The notes under the pieces are model-generated. The model was given only the letters and a program-made list of their open reading frames with translations. It was not told the origin of the DNA and did no database searches. This document shows, one piece after another, positions 1-11,077 of a DNA stretch of 64,000 bases. Numbering within the stretch: the stretch's first letter is position 1; every line of letters starts with the position of its first letter. The stretch lies in the IMG/VR virus record IMGVR_UViG_3300025695_001209, positions 1 through 64,000 of that record, one strand, 5' to 3'. This stretch comes from a virus. The translations under genes and the position numbers were made by a program.

Positions 1-3000
1 CGCCTCATATGATATCAACCCAATACTGTCTGAATTATTTAGTAAAACAGATTTAGTTAATTCACAATCATTAGCATCCGTAACAGTAACTGAATAATTC
101 CCCGAACTTAACCCACTAATACTTGAGGTTATTTCACCGTTACTCCACAAGTAACTATACGGTGGAGTACCAGTTAATCCCGTAATAGATATACTACCAT
201 CGTTTATACCACAATAAGAGGTATCAACACTCACTAAATTGTAATCGAGTGTACTAACACCTGAAATAACCACAGTCTGTGTCTGTGCCGTGTTACCCGC
301 ATAGTCAGTTACATTAACGTAATAAGACCCATTAGGTAATCCTACGTTATAGAATGGATTAAGAGTGACCGTGTTCGATAAAAATAAAACATTATCTTTA
401 TAAATTTGAACATCAAATGGTAAGGCGTTTGTACTACCACTTACACTAATATAACCATTATCTTGACCACATGTAGTACCTGAAAAATCATTAATTATTG
501 CGGTAAGACACCCATCAATATTAACATTAATATTAGTCTGATTATTTTGATTACCTAAACTATCGTTTAAAACAAATGTATATGTACCACCACTTAAATC
601 ATCCCAAGTAAATGGGTTTACCGATGTACCACCAGATAATGTACCAGGTATTACGTTGGTTATAGTGTATGGTGGAACCCCACCCGTAGGGAATATTGTA
701 ATAGCTCCTAAATCAGTATCACAGGTACCTGTAGTTGAGAAGGTATAACCTAAATCTGTAGTTTCACAGTGCTGAGTAGTTTTACTACCTAAAGTTATCA
801 CATCGGCACGGTAATAAAATAACGTATTTACCTTAATTGAAATTGGCACTTCAGTGAAACCTTTTTGATATACATCACAACAATCAACATACTCATACGA
901 ACCACTAATAATCGCGTTATAACATTCATTACTAACCGAAGTAGATGGTGTTATTGTTGGAGTAACAGATGTTGTCACACTCGGAGTTAACGTATTTGTT
1001 GGTGTAACGGTAGGGGTGTTTGTTCGTGTAACTGGTGGTGTCTCCGCAGGTGTTGAAGTATTCGTTGGGGTAATCGTCATTGTTTGGGTAACTGTTACCG
1101 TTGGCGTTTGAGTTACATCCGCAGTTTCACTCGGAGTTTGTGTTGGTGTAACAGGTGGTGTCTCCCCAGGTGTACTACTCGGTGTTTGAGTAACCGTTAC
1201 CGTTGGAGTTTGAGTAACACTCGGAGTGTCACTTACCGAAACCGTAGGCGTATTTGTTTGAGTAACACTTGGAGTATCAGAAACAGAAACTGTTGGCGTA
1301 TTTGTTGGTGTGACAGAAGGGGTGTCAGAAATCGTAGGTGTTGGTGTTGAACTACTACCGGGGGTATTAGATACTGATACCGTTGGTGTGTTGGTTTGAG
1401 TAACCGATGGTGTATCAGAAATAGATACCGTTGGAGTATTTGTTTGAGTAACACTTGGAGTATCCGAAACAGATACTGTTGGTGTATTAGTTGGTGTGAC
1501 ACTTGGAGTATCTGAAACGGATACCGTTGGTGTATTAGTTGGTGTAACTGATGGCGTATCGGAAACTGTAGGTGTAGGTGTCGAACTACTACCTGGAGTA
1601 TCAGAAACGGATACCGTTGGTGTATTAGTTGATGTAACTGATGGCGTGTCGGAAACTGATACCGTTGGCGTATTTGTTGGAGTAACACTTGGAGTGTCAG
1701 AAACAGATACTGTTGGAGTATTTGTTGGCGTTACAGAAGGCGTATCTGAAACAGAGACTGTCGGGGTGTTAGATATTGTCGGAGTCACCTCAGGTGTTTG
1801 TGTAGGTGTAGGTGTCTGTGTCGGTGTCGGCAATTCCTCACAAGGGCACGGACCCGTTTCACTCACTATCAGGAAACCACTCGAAGGTACCGGCACACTA
1901 CAAGAACAGACCTCAACCGTCTCATTAGGACCAACACTTAGAGTTATATTTGTGTTTGACGGACCAAAACAATCTACATATGTGACTGTGTGTTTATTAT
2001 CACCATCAGTGTTTTGTACACTATAACCAATACAATCACTACCGTCACACCCCTTAACACACGATTCACCTGTCGGATTATAGTTTATACCAGGAGTAAC
2101 AGTAATTGGCGAATCATCACATAAACACACTATAAGTTCCGTACCTGCGTCGACATCAATTAAAATATCATTACCATTACAATCTTTGTATTCAATAGTA
2201 CCAGACACTTCACTTTGGAATATATATTCTGAACAAGTATAACAACAAGCATCAACTGGTGGTTGCGTAGGTGAAACTGTTACTGTAGGCGTAGGAGTCG
2301 GTGTCGGTGTTGCGGGAGTACAGTCACATTCTGCTTGTGCGCACCCACCAGGAATTAGAGTAATACTCGCTCCAACCACATCAGAAGTTGCAATAGTATT
2401 TGTATCACCAATAATAGTATAACACCCATTTGTGATTACCAAGTCGTTTTGTATATTAAAGGTACCTGAAGTCGGTGACGCCCAATCAGTGGTTAGTACG
2501 CGATAAACCTCATTACTACAACATGCCGATAGATAAATATAATCATTACATGGCGTTTCACCAGTACAAGAATTACACTGTACCTCACCTAATATGGTGT
2601 AGTACCCACTTATTACCCCGTTAACAGTGGCAATAGGTATCTGAGTATATGCACCAACACATTCAGTGATTTTACTATCTGAAATGTCAGTGATAGTAAG
2701 ACCTGTTAACTGTGTGTTATTACCCTTAATACTACCACCTAAGGTAGCACTATCACCTGTAAAGATATATACCTTCTCATCACAGCACGATGATGCACTA
2801 TAATATAAAACATCATTACCCGAAACACTTGTACAGTTCGAACAATCATCATATTCCGTTACAGTTACTTCCGCAGTATCACCAGAATATGGTCTAAAAC
2901 AAATGTTACCAGGTGTAAAACACGCATTATAATTAGTAAGATAAGCACTATCTTGCGATAACGCATTACCATCTATCTTTACGGTACTAACATCAATATT

Positions 3001-3624
3001 ACATTCTGATTCTGATTCAGTCAATGAATATTCATATCCGGTACCATTAGTATTATAGTAAGATATTGCACTTGTGGCACTGAAAGGTATGTCTAAAGAA
3101 CCACAAGGGTTTTTGTCTGAACTACTAAAATCAAATAAAGTAAGGTTACCAGATATCCATGTCCAAAATTCCGTTCCACCAGGCGAGGCAAACATAAACC
3201 CACTAGTATAATGGTTTCCACTACCATCAATTCGGTAAGCGTTTGAATCTTGACTATATGGTTCATCAGCAAAGTACACATCACCATTAAGACCAAGTAG
3301 ATTATTCCTGAAATATAGATTGACTAGTGGGAATGTTTCTATATCCATACCTGTACCAACAGTAATATTACTTAACCCAAGGTATTCATCATTTTTAATC
3401 GTATAGTCAACCGATTGTGTTGGTGTTGTACCATCATACACAATATCCCATGACCTATGTTTAAAATTGAAGAAGTTACTCTCAGTACCACCAGTAGCAT
3501 TCATCAATCTACTGTCATTAGGATAACCAGTTAAACCTGTATCCCACTGAATATAATACGTATCACCCGTATATAATGACCCTGCAGTTACCCTTTGGGT
3601 TATTTCAAAATAATAACTAGCCAT
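1..3624 (-). CDS. Giant virion fibre/adhesin-like protein, runs off the left edge (>1200 aa): Cys-rich modules, Pro/Thr/Ser mucin-like stalk, SprB-type repeats
   Basis: Not in the ORF track, consistent with no stop inside the window. ATG at 3624 overlaps the upstream TAA (TAATG) and reads MASYYFEITQRVTAG. The same frame gives SYCGINDGSISITGLTGTPPYSYLWSNGEITSSISGLSSGNYSVTVTDANDC near 60-220, a typical SprB repeat. The frame was checked at these points only, not codon by codon. Confidence 0.85.
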   Translation of the reverse strand, partial: MASYYFEITQRVTAGSLYTGDTYYIQWDTGLTGYPNDSRLMNATGGTESNFFNFKHRSWDIVYDGTTPTQSVDYTIKNDEYLGLSNITVGTGMDIETFPLVNLYFRNNLLGLNGDVYFADEPYSQDSNAYRIDGSGNHYTSGFMFASPGGTEFWTWISGNLTLFDFSSSDKNPCGSLDIPFSATSAISYYNTNGTGYEYSLTESESECNIDVSTVKIDGNALSQDSAYLTNYNACFTPGNICFRPYSGDTAEVTVTEYDDCSNCTSVSGNDVLYYSASSCCDEKVYIFTGDSATLGGSIKGNNTQLTGLTITDISDSKITECVGAYTQIPIATVNGVISGYYTILGEVQCNSCTGETPCNDYIYLSACCSNEVYRVLTTDWASPTSGTFNIQNDLVITNGCYTIIGDTNTIATSDVVGASITLIPGGCAQAECDCTPATPTPTPTPTVTVSPTQPPVDACCYTCSEYIFQSEVSGTIEYKDCNGNDILIDVDAGTELIVCLCDDSPITVTPGINYNPTGESCVKGCDGSDCIGYSVQNTDGDNKHTVTYVDCFGPSNTNITLSVGPNETVEVCSCSVPVPSSGFLIVSETGPCPCEELPTPTQTPTPTQTPEVTPTISNTPTVSVSDTPSVTPTNTPTVSVSDTPSVTPTNTPTVSVSDTPSVTSTNTPTVSVSDTPGSSSTPTPTVSDTPSVTPTNTPTVSVSDTPSVTPTNTPTVSVSDTPSVTQTNTPTVSISDTPSVTQTNTPTVSVSNTPGSSSTPTPTISDTPSVTPTNTPTVSVSDTPSVTQTNTPTVSVSDTPSVTQTPTVTVTQTPSSTPGETPPVTPTQTPSETADVTQTPTVTVTQTMTITPTNTSTPAETPPVTRTNTPTVTPTNTLTPSVTTSVTPTITPSTSVSNECYNAIISGSYEYVDCCDVYQKGFTEVPISIKVNTLFYYRADVITLGSKTTQHCETTDLGYTFSTTGTCDTDLGAITIFPTGGVPPYTITNVIPGTLSGGTSVNPFTWDDLSGGTYTFVLNDSLGNQNNQTNINVNIDGCLTAIINDFSGTTCGQDNGYISVSGSTNALPFDVQIYKDNVLFLSNTVTLNPFYNVGLPNGSYYVNVTDYAGNTAQTQTVVISGVSTLDYNLVSVDTSYCGINDGSISITGLTGTPPYSYLWSNGEITSSISGLSSGNYSVTVTDANDCELTKSVLLNNSDSIGLISYEA
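940..1830 (-). repeat. Coding tandem repeat, about 48-nt / 16-aa unit (NTPTVSVSDTPSVTPT), degenerate at both ends
   Basis: Recurring + strand units such as gataccgttggtgtattagttg. Synonymous variation between copies shows selection at protein level. Confidence 0.9.
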
Positions 3625-6563
3625 TATCCACAGTTAATTGATATGTTTATACCTACGTTCAAGGTGATTGTTTTGTTTGTGAAGTCTGGGTCACAACCTA
3701 TATTAGTGAAAGTGATTGTATTCCCACTTATAGTGTAACTTAAACCATATTGATATAAATACTGGAAATGTGTAATTGCAGCATTTAACCAATCATTATT
3801 TGTTGGTGACGATGCAAATCCATAACCCGTAAAAAATTGTTGTTGTACTAAAATGTTACCATCTAATCTTAAATCAATATACCAATCAGACACAACACTA
3901 TTTAAATCACACTGATTAGTTGTATACCCACTAGACGACACAATAGAATTAACTTGTTGATTTAATATACTTTGGAAGGTGGATGTTGGATATAATTCAC
4001 AATCCACAATTTGTTTAGCACAGTCGTACTTCCATAACGGACCTTCGATTTCACACGGCTCACATTCAATGTCGATTATCTCACAACCCCTTTGTAACTT
4101 ATAGTTATGTTTTTGTCTGTGAAATTCAGAATTTTCCATTTTCTGACCACCTAACCATAATGTAGATGCAGGTACAACTTGTTCTACCAACCTCATCCAA
4201 TAGTCACCAATACCATTGGTGAAATCAATCATCTTTTGATACGTATACTGATTAGATGGTATGTTAACATCCACCCCTGATGTTAAGTATTTCCAATATA
4301 TTGACGATAAGGTCACATACCCACCACTCGATGTTTGTCTATTCCTTACATTAATCATGTTCTTATAGAATGTCTGAGCAAACTCAAAGAATGACTTCTC
4401 TTTTGGTCGTGGATTTATTACCGTCCAATCAATACCACCTGTAGTAGGGTAAGGATAGGTTAATCCTGTAGCGGGTATTGGATATCCCGTGTTCCTACTC
4501 ATGTCCCAAACGTCATATTCTAACCCTTGACCCATATTAAGATATAACTCAATGTTTTTTCGGTTAAGCACTAACCTTTCATCAGTGACGTTATAGTAAG
4601 AATTAAACACCCCATTACTTTTTCTTAAACCAGTACTATCACTCGGCCAAGATTTTAAGTTATCTTTAATAGGTGTTAATGTGAAACCTAAATCCATACT
4701 AGGGAAGTCTCGATATAAATTAAAATATTTCTCCCCGAAGGTATATGTCTCTAATGATGTTTGTATATTGGTATTTTGACCTGTAAAGTTTGAATTTTGA
4801 ATGTCTATCTTCTCATTGGCCCTATGTTTAGGGGTTTCTTCAAACCAACCTGAACCCATCTCAAAGAAATAACTATCACTTTCAGGTACTGACTGTGGAA
4901 AACCTTGGTAATCCATCGGGTAATTTGTCCTATCATCATCAACAAACGTCGTAAATGATTGTGGCGTAAATGCTGTGTATGTAATCCCTTTAACTTTGTA
5001 TGTAGTTTCAGGTGTTAATACAGGTAAAATATTTAACTTTGTACCACCTGTAATTTCACTAAATTGTTGGTCAAATTGTTTAATATTAATTGGCCCATCA
5101 GCAACATAAACCGTCTCATTGAATTCAATTAACGCTTTAGGTGCTCCGACCATTCTCATTAAAAAGTCAATCGCAGTTCTCGTACCTTTTGACTTGTAAA
5201 GGAACCCTGAATTAATGATTATTTTTCTATAGTATTCATAATCCAACTCCTGAGGTGTTTTATCACGAGTTTGACCAGGATAAATTGATTGATTTTTTGT
5301 CCCGAAAACCGTAGTTAAAAAGTCATCTTGACTAATTGGCGAATTATTAGTATCAAAACCTAATGTTTGTGCTAAATTCTTTAATAATACTGAAGGTATA
5401 TCATTTTTAGGATTATAGTTAACATTATTCATATATGTTAACCCATCAATGAATTTTTTAGTCTCATCAAAACTTCTTCCGTAGATTTGAAGTACCTTTT
5501 CCATTTTTTGGTCACCCGTGTCAAAGTCTTTAAACGCACCCGTAACTAAAAATCGACTAATTAGGTTAGTCTTGTATCGGTCCATAACCTCACCAATTTC
5601 ACTTAACCTATTTAGGTAATTTTCGTACCCAACAGTGACAACATCAATATTCCATAGTCCTAAAATTGGCCATGTGATATTTTCAACAGACGTATAATAC
5701 CTACCCTGTTCAGTTTCTCTAGGAACCCTAAACATTGCAGTGTATTTCGGCGTAATCATTCTATTTAACAAGAACTTCTCAACTTCATCAAATGAGTCGT
5801 CAAATATTTGTTCAGTATAAAACTTACTTGGTCTTAAAGTTATGTCCTCTGTTGATGAACTAACACCACTATACGGATTACCCGCAACAACAACTTCAAT
5901 GGTACCAGCAGATAACGATGGTGATGGTGTGAAATCTTGAACTTTATACTCTGTTTCTCCTGTACCAATAAACAAAGAATATTTAAGGAATTGACGAGTT
6001 AAGTTTCTATATGGTGAAACCTCCATTGGTCTCAGTGACATATTTCTGTCAGCCATCGTACTATAATCTATATCAAGTGGATTTTTAATACGTGAGACAT
6101 CAATATTAAACGTTGTCTCATCATCAATGGCATCATACGAAACATTATAAACTGTATTTGCAGTCGTAAAGTCAGTATATATCTTATCAACCTCTAACGC
6201 CGCAGGAAAAAAATTGATTATTTTAGTTATCGATGCAGATAACCTTTTTTGTAGTGAACCATATAATGAGAAGTTCGTTACAACAGAAATATCATAGTTT
6301 GGGAAAACCCCGTAGTTTTTAGCAATAATTCGTCTTGATTCCTCAAAGTTCTCAATATCCATATTCTCCAATGTGAATGGATTTGAAAATACCCCTGTAC
6401 TAAAGGTACGATTTACTTTTTCAACTACAGACGTTGTGAACTCAAAATTACCCTGCGTTAAACCACCACCATCAACTAGTTGAAAACCAACTAAGTCGGG
6501 TGAGAACGATTCACTTCCTGCTGGAGGTGCTGCGGGGTAACGATATTTCCTACTTTTTCCCAT
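3624..6563 (-). CDS. Baseplate/tail structural protein with a P2 gpI / T4 gp7-like wedge motif
   Basis: 979 aa. LKNLAQTLGF...LYKSKGTRTAIDFLMRMVG resembles the tail-protein-I 'KGT' motif. Lies in the operon downstream of the gp6-like gene. Confidence 0.6.
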   Translation of the reverse strand: MGKSRKYRYPAAPPAGSESFSPDLVGFQLVDGGGLTQGNFEFTTSVVEKVNRTFSTGVFSNPFTLENMDIENFEESRRIIAKNYGVFPNYDISVVTNFSLYGSLQKRLSASITKIINFFPAALEVDKIYTDFTTANTVYNVSYDAIDDETTFNIDVSRIKNPLDIDYSTMADRNMSLRPMEVSPYRNLTRQFLKYSLFIGTGETEYKVQDFTPSPSLSAGTIEVVVAGNPYSGVSSSTEDITLRPSKFYTEQIFDDSFDEVEKFLLNRMITPKYTAMFRVPRETEQGRYYTSVENITWPILGLWNIDVVTVGYENYLNRLSEIGEVMDRYKTNLISRFLVTGAFKDFDTGDQKMEKVLQIYGRSFDETKKFIDGLTYMNNVNYNPKNDIPSVLLKNLAQTLGFDTNNSPISQDDFLTTVFGTKNQSIYPGQTRDKTPQELDYEYYRKIIINSGFLYKSKGTRTAIDFLMRMVGAPKALIEFNETVYVADGPINIKQFDQQFSEITGGTKLNILPVLTPETTYKVKGITYTAFTPQSFTTFVDDDRTNYPMDYQGFPQSVPESDSYFFEMGSGWFEETPKHRANEKIDIQNSNFTGQNTNIQTSLETYTFGEKYFNLYRDFPSMDLGFTLTPIKDNLKSWPSDSTGLRKSNGVFNSYYNVTDERLVLNRKNIELYLNMGQGLEYDVWDMSRNTGYPIPATGLTYPYPTTGGIDWTVINPRPKEKSFFEFAQTFYKNMINVRNRQTSSGGYVTLSSIYWKYLTSGVDVNIPSNQYTYQKMIDFTNGIGDYWMRLVEQVVPASTLWLGGQKMENSEFHRQKHNYKLQRGCEIIDIECEPCEIEGPLWKYDCAKQIVDCELYPTSTFQSILNQQVNSIVSSSGYTTNQCDLNSVVSDWYIDLRLDGNILVQQQFFTGYGFASSPTNNDWLNAAITHFQYLYQYGLSYTISGNTITFTNIGCDPDFTNKTITLNVGINISINCG

Positions 6564-7468
6564 TAATCAATTACATTATTGAAGTTTTTACTGAAATCGA
6601 TATTATCACCTCTATCCTGACGAACCTCAAATAATAGATTATTAAACTCATCTCGTATCTCAAACAAGTTATATTGTTTGTAGATGTTATCTGATGGGTC
6701 ATAAAGTGTGTAAATACCATCTTCCATACTTTTAGTCTGATTACCGTAAAGTGCAATCGCTAATGTATCGATGTCATGTTCAGCCATTTCAATATCTAAT
6801 GTAATTGGATTAAAATACGTGTTAGTTATTATAATGTCTTGGTCTGGTTGACCAATAAATGGTGTCGCGTTAGGTTTGTTTGACGGAGCACTTGAAGGTG
6901 ATAACGTACAGAATAACAAATCACTACCATTCTCAACATAACGATAACGAATAGTTTTTTGTGAACTATTAGTTAAATTAGTGGTTACTGGCTCACAATA
7001 GAATGATGATGTTACTATTCTATAAAAGTTAGGTATTTTGGTACCATTATCATTAAGATACTCAACTCTAAACCCAACTAACCCTTGTGCAACAAATTTA
7101 TTTCTAAATTTAGCATCAACATTATTCAAATCCACAATAATACCTTTAACATTCGGTAACGCAGATAAAACACCACAATCAGTAATTGTTGTTCTAATCT
7201 CCGCAGGTCGAATATATAACGTGTATATCCCCGTTTGATTAAATTCATTAGAAGGTAATCGTAAATTATACATACCACCTAATATTTCATTTGTATTTCC
7301 ACCCGTATCATTATTGTGGAAATAAGGCGTCAATAAAGAAGCCGCGTCTAATTGTTTAAGTACAAAGTCTTCGGTAACATCTCTACTTGGTGTGTAGTTC
7401 ATGATGATTTCAACGTCTTCTGGAGACATGTCTGCGGGTCTTGTAATTCCGTAAGTTCCTAATGCCAT
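6563..7468 (-). CDS. Hypothetical virion structural protein
   Basis: 301-aa ORF, translationally coupled within the tail operon, beta-rich composition. Confidence 0.6.
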   Translation of the reverse strand: MALGTYGITRPADMSPEDVEIIMNYTPSRDVTEDFVLKQLDAASLLTPYFHNNDTGGNTNEILGGMYNLRLPSNEFNQTGIYTLYIRPAEIRTTITDCGVLSALPNVKGIIVDLNNVDAKFRNKFVAQGLVGFRVEYLNDNGTKIPNFYRIVTSSFYCEPVTTNLTNSSQKTIRYRYVENGSDLLFCTLSPSSAPSNKPNATPFIGQPDQDIIITNTYFNPITLDIEMAEHDIDTLAIALYGNQTKSMEDGIYTLYDPSDNIYKQYNLFEIRDEFNNLLFEVRQDRGDNIDFSKNFNNVID

Positions 7469-7471
7469 TTT

Positions 7472-8554
7472 TTAACTTTCATTTATTTTATAGAAACCAT
7501 AACCATATCTAGTTAAGTCTCCAAGGTTATCAACTTCACCCAATCTTTCCAATCCTTCAAAAGCTGAGTTCTTGCCTCTGTCTATAAATACCTCACTCTG
7601 TATTTCTGGCGAAGAAACCATGTCTAATAATACCTCTTGTTTTGTAATTGCACTAACAGAAATATTATTATCGGTAAATCCTGAAGATTTTTGAATGTAT
7701 AATGTGGTACCATCAGGGTAATCGTAATAGGTAACTTCATTAATCGTATAAGCAGTATATTCTGTGTTTATTTCATCAATAACACCCAATAAGTTACCAT
7801 TTTGAAAAATCGGGACATTGGTTGCATACCTTACAGAACCGTAACTACTTAAAGCGGTTAACTGACTATTAGTATATCCTGAAACCAAAAAAGGTACAGA
7901 GACATAATTTGAAGAAACTTGAGAACTAATATTATTTTGAGCGTCACCACTGAAAATAAAATCATAATTTAATGGAGTCCCCGACCAACTACCACCTTGA
8001 GGTGTGAAGGTTATATTACCTGAGTTATTCGATATTGTAACACCTGTCATTGGTATTGTTATCGTTTTTTTAACTTCGGTGGTTCCCCACGGATTAGTTT
8101 GTGTTATAGTGATTTTATAATCACCACTACTGGCATATGTATGTGTTAAAAATGAGGGTGAAGTATTATTAATTGTTTGCGTAGATAAACCATCCCCCCA
8201 ATCGATTACATAGTTGGCTAACTTTAAAAACTTTTTAAATTCTATATCGGACGTATTATACACATTGACCTCATACCCACTCGCAGTATTGGCTGAGTAT
8301 ACAAAGTTGTTAACCACATCTTTTTGTAGTAAAAACCCGTCAAATGGTGTGTAATACCCTAAATCATTAAATGATTGTGTGAACACTATCGGTATCGTTA
8401 AACCAGTCAATAATGAATTACCACTGGTACCACCGCTTAGTATCTCACTCATACGAGAATAAACACCAAAAGTATTACCACTATACGTTTCCTGAATGAC
8501 ATCATCTTTTAACACTTCAGGTGATATCTTTATATATGTTCTGTCAGTCTTCAT
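7472..8554 (-). CDS. Structural protein with PKD/Ig-like domain
   Basis: 360 aa. YVIDWGDG...THTYASSGDYKITITQTN is a PKD signature. Confidence 0.65.
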   Translation of the reverse strand: MKTDRTYIKISPEVLKDDVIQETYSGNTFGVYSRMSEILSGGTSGNSLLTGLTIPIVFTQSFNDLGYYTPFDGFLLQKDVVNNFVYSANTASGYEVNVYNTSDIEFKKFLKLANYVIDWGDGLSTQTINNTSPSFLTHTYASSGDYKITITQTNPWGTTEVKKTITIPMTGVTISNNSGNITFTPQGGSWSGTPLNYDFIFSGDAQNNISSQVSSNYVSVPFLVSGYTNSQLTALSSYGSVRYATNVPIFQNGNLLGVIDEINTEYTAYTINEVTYYDYPDGTTLYIQKSSGFTDNNISVSAITKQEVLLDMVSSPEIQSEVFIDRGKNSAFEGLERLGEVDNLGDLTRYGYGFYKINES

Positions 8555-9384
8555 TATGGATTAACGTATTCGTAAAACTTTACGGGGTTATTTGTAGTAC
8601 CAATTCTTACCCCATTTAAATCGGTTAATTGATATTCATAATTAGTGTAGTCCAGCACTATTTTCGAATAAAACTTTTCCGCTTTATTAAATGTGAATAG
8701 ATTTGGTAATTGAGATTGTGGTTCAATCATCATTCTTGTGAACTCACCAGTCTTACCATTAAAAAACTTAACAGACATATAAAATTCGTCTAAGTTTATG
8801 TAACTCCTATCTTTCAACCAATAAACAAAGAACCCCTCTTTATCACCTAAATAATCTAAATTATAAATCGGTACTCTAACATTAACGTTTTTAGGTACCG
8901 TACTTGAACCTATATTAACACTATTAGTTTGTCCCTGATATGAAGGCAATATTATCGTAAAGTATATTTGTTGACTTTGACTCTCGTTGGTATCATAAAA
9001 ATCTAACTTAAAAAAGCTATTTTTATAAGAATTTGTACTATAATATATTTCTTTGTCTGTGAAACCTGCGTCGTTATAATTACTCACCCAATCAGTTGAC
9101 GTCGCATTATTAATATTCACGTTTTCAGGTAAAAAATAAAATTCATAGTTAGCACTTGATTTACTAATCATCTGAGGTTTCTTAGGGTCAGTACTTACTA
9201 CTCGATAAGACTCATGGTCAAATCTAGTCACCTCAAAGTCCTCAGTAGGGTTGATTACCTGTTCGATAACTTCTTCTTCGTACACCTCAATAGCATCTTC
9301 ACGACCATTAACATCCCAAAATTGTTCTATCGGAATCTGAAGTTCCCTTTCTGTACCGTTATCTGAAAATCTATATTTATTCAC
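8554..9384 (-). CDS. Hypothetical virion structural protein
   Basis: 276 aa, start and stop overlap neighbours in the structural operon. Confidence 0.55.
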   Translation of the reverse strand: MNKYRFSDNGTERELQIPIEQFWDVNGREDAIEVYEEEVIEQVINPTEDFEVTRFDHESYRVVSTDPKKPQMISKSSANYEFYFLPENVNINNATSTDWVSNYNDAGFTDKEIYYSTNSYKNSFFKLDFYDTNESQSQQIYFTIILPSYQGQTNSVNIGSSTVPKNVNVRVPIYNLDYLGDKEGFFVYWLKDRSYINLDEFYMSVKFFNGKTGEFTRMMIEPQSQLPNLFTFNKAEKFYSKIVLDYTNYEYQLTDLNGVRIGTTNNPVKFYEYVNP

Positions 9385-11077
9385 AATTATCTATTATTGG
9401 TTGCACTATCATATTCATGGTATTAAACCTTCTTTGTGGTGACATCTGATAAAACTTTATGTCTTTAAATGGGTAATGCGCACCATTTAAAAACGGGTAA
9501 TCAACACCAACATTTTCACTATCTATAAACCCATATGGGTACAAATCTCTCCACCTCCACCTTTCTTCAAAGTTCGAATAAAATGCGTAGTCAGGTATGA
9601 AATCAACATCCTGTGCTCGACCTGTTTCCACATAAGGTGAAAATTCTTTAATTTTAATAGTATTGTGTGGGTGATACACATACCCAATAGGTACCGCACC
9701 ACTTACATTAGTGTTGAAGTAAGTAGGGTTAAAACTATATTTGTGTAATAGTTGTGATACCACATTTTCAGTCATTTCAAAGTCATTCCACTCACAAAAA
9801 TCACCTAATAATTCATCATCAATTTTTAAGTTTGAATTATAGTAAAATGTTTTTCCGTTTACTGTGTAAGTTGATAAAGTAATATTATCTTTATTATCGT
9901 TGTTAGACGGTAACCACCACGTATCCACACTATCTTTAAGACGATTAAAGTCCCATCCAACATTAACTGATGTTGTTGGGTTAGATGGTGACGGAGGATT
10001 AAACCAACCCATATACCCTTTATTTAATACCGTAACAAATAGTTCCGTCAAAGGTCTTTGTTGGTTGTCTTTATATCTTGACACATCAATATCCTTTTCA
10101 AACGTGAAAGATGCGGTTTGTGAACTATTTCTAACCGAAACCCTTTGTACGTTGTTAGGTGTAAGTGCTGAGTACTCTAACTTTGAATTATTATTAAATG
10201 GTATATTTTCAAATCCCATTCTGGCCATATTATAATCCTTAATGTCTGTTAGGATTTTATGTTTCCTGACATAGTATTCGGACGTTGTCTCACCTGAGTT
10301 ATTTTTATTTATCACTCTTTTGAACGTACCCGTTACACCATCGTTAAAAGTGGTACCTGTATATCCTAAATCGTATATGGAAAAAACACTCAACTCACTG
10401 TTATACTCCTCATCACCCAACTCATATACTTGAAAATAATTCTCCCCTCCGTAGTCAAATGATAACTTAGCAAATTCCCCCACACTTAAATTATGATTAC
10501 CACCACAGTAAAAAGTTATTAACTCCTTACCTTTAAGTTTTCTTCGTTTAATTGCGAAAGGTATACCATCACTAACATTAAATAATGTTGTTGCACTTAG
10601 TTTTTCATTATAATAAGTCATGGTTTGAGCCGTCACATTTTCAAATGCATATGAAAGATACATCGTCCAATTATATGTCGTAGCACTTTTAGGTATTAAG
10701 TCTACATGCCCGTCAATACCTTCAGTCCTTAAAAAACTAAACTCGTCGTATTGTGGATATCCTTTCCAAGAATTACTCGTTACTGAATTTAAAGCATCCA
10801 CATAATATAAGTCATCTCTAAATGGCGTATAAGTGGTTTTACCTGTGTAAATATTATCAAAAATATTACTTAACTTACCCGTTATTCTTATGGTGTTAGA
10901 CGATTGTCGTTCTTTATCAAACCTTTCCGCCAAATTTAAAATGACAGTTCGGTCTCCCTCAACCATTTGTCGTTTATCACCCTCTAATGTAATTGGTAAC
11001 CCACTATCTATCGTTGGTGCCCCTTTATACTGCTTTTCGCTAGGAACTATTCTTATTTGATTTGGTTCCCTACTCAT
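9377..11077 (-). CDS. Hypothetical virion structural protein
   Basis: 566 aa, coupled to neighbours, aromatic and beta-rich. Confidence 0.55.
   Translation of the reverse strand: MSREPNQIRIVPSEKQYKGAPTIDSGLPITLEGDKRQMVEGDRTVILNLAERFDKERQSSNTIRITGKLSNIFDNIYTGKTTYTPFRDDLYYVDALNSVTSNSWKGYPQYDEFSFLRTEGIDGHVDLIPKSATTYNWTMYLSYAFENVTAQTMTYYNEKLSATTLFNVSDGIPFAIKRRKLKGKELITFYCGGNHNLSVGEFAKLSFDYGGENYFQVYELGDEEYNSELSVFSIYDLGYTGTTFNDGVTGTFKRVINKNNSGETTSEYYVRKHKILTDIKDYNMARMGFENIPFNNNSKLEYSALTPNNVQRVSVRNSSQTASFTFEKDIDVSRYKDNQQRPLTELFVTVLNKGYMGWFNPPSPSNPTTSVNVGWDFNRLKDSVDTWWLPSNNDNKDNITLSTYTVNGKTFYYNSNLKIDDELLGDFCEWNDFEMTENVVSQLLHKYSFNPTYFNTNVSGAVPIGYVYHPHNTIKIKEFSPYVETGRAQDVDFIPDYAFYSNFEERWRWRDLYPYGFIDSENVGVDYPFLNGAHYPFKDIKFYQMSPQRRFNTMNMIVQPIIDNCE

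Noticed and set aside
940-1830. Possible CRISPR array or non-coding repeat
   Set aside because: Units are contiguous with no unique spacers, vary at third codon positions and translate as an in-frame Thr/Pro/Ser repeat.
1084-2026. ORF-track entries 1084..1350(+), 1233..1688(-) and 1496..2026(+)
   Set aside because: Shadow frames of the repeat region of the real minus-strand gene starting at 3624.
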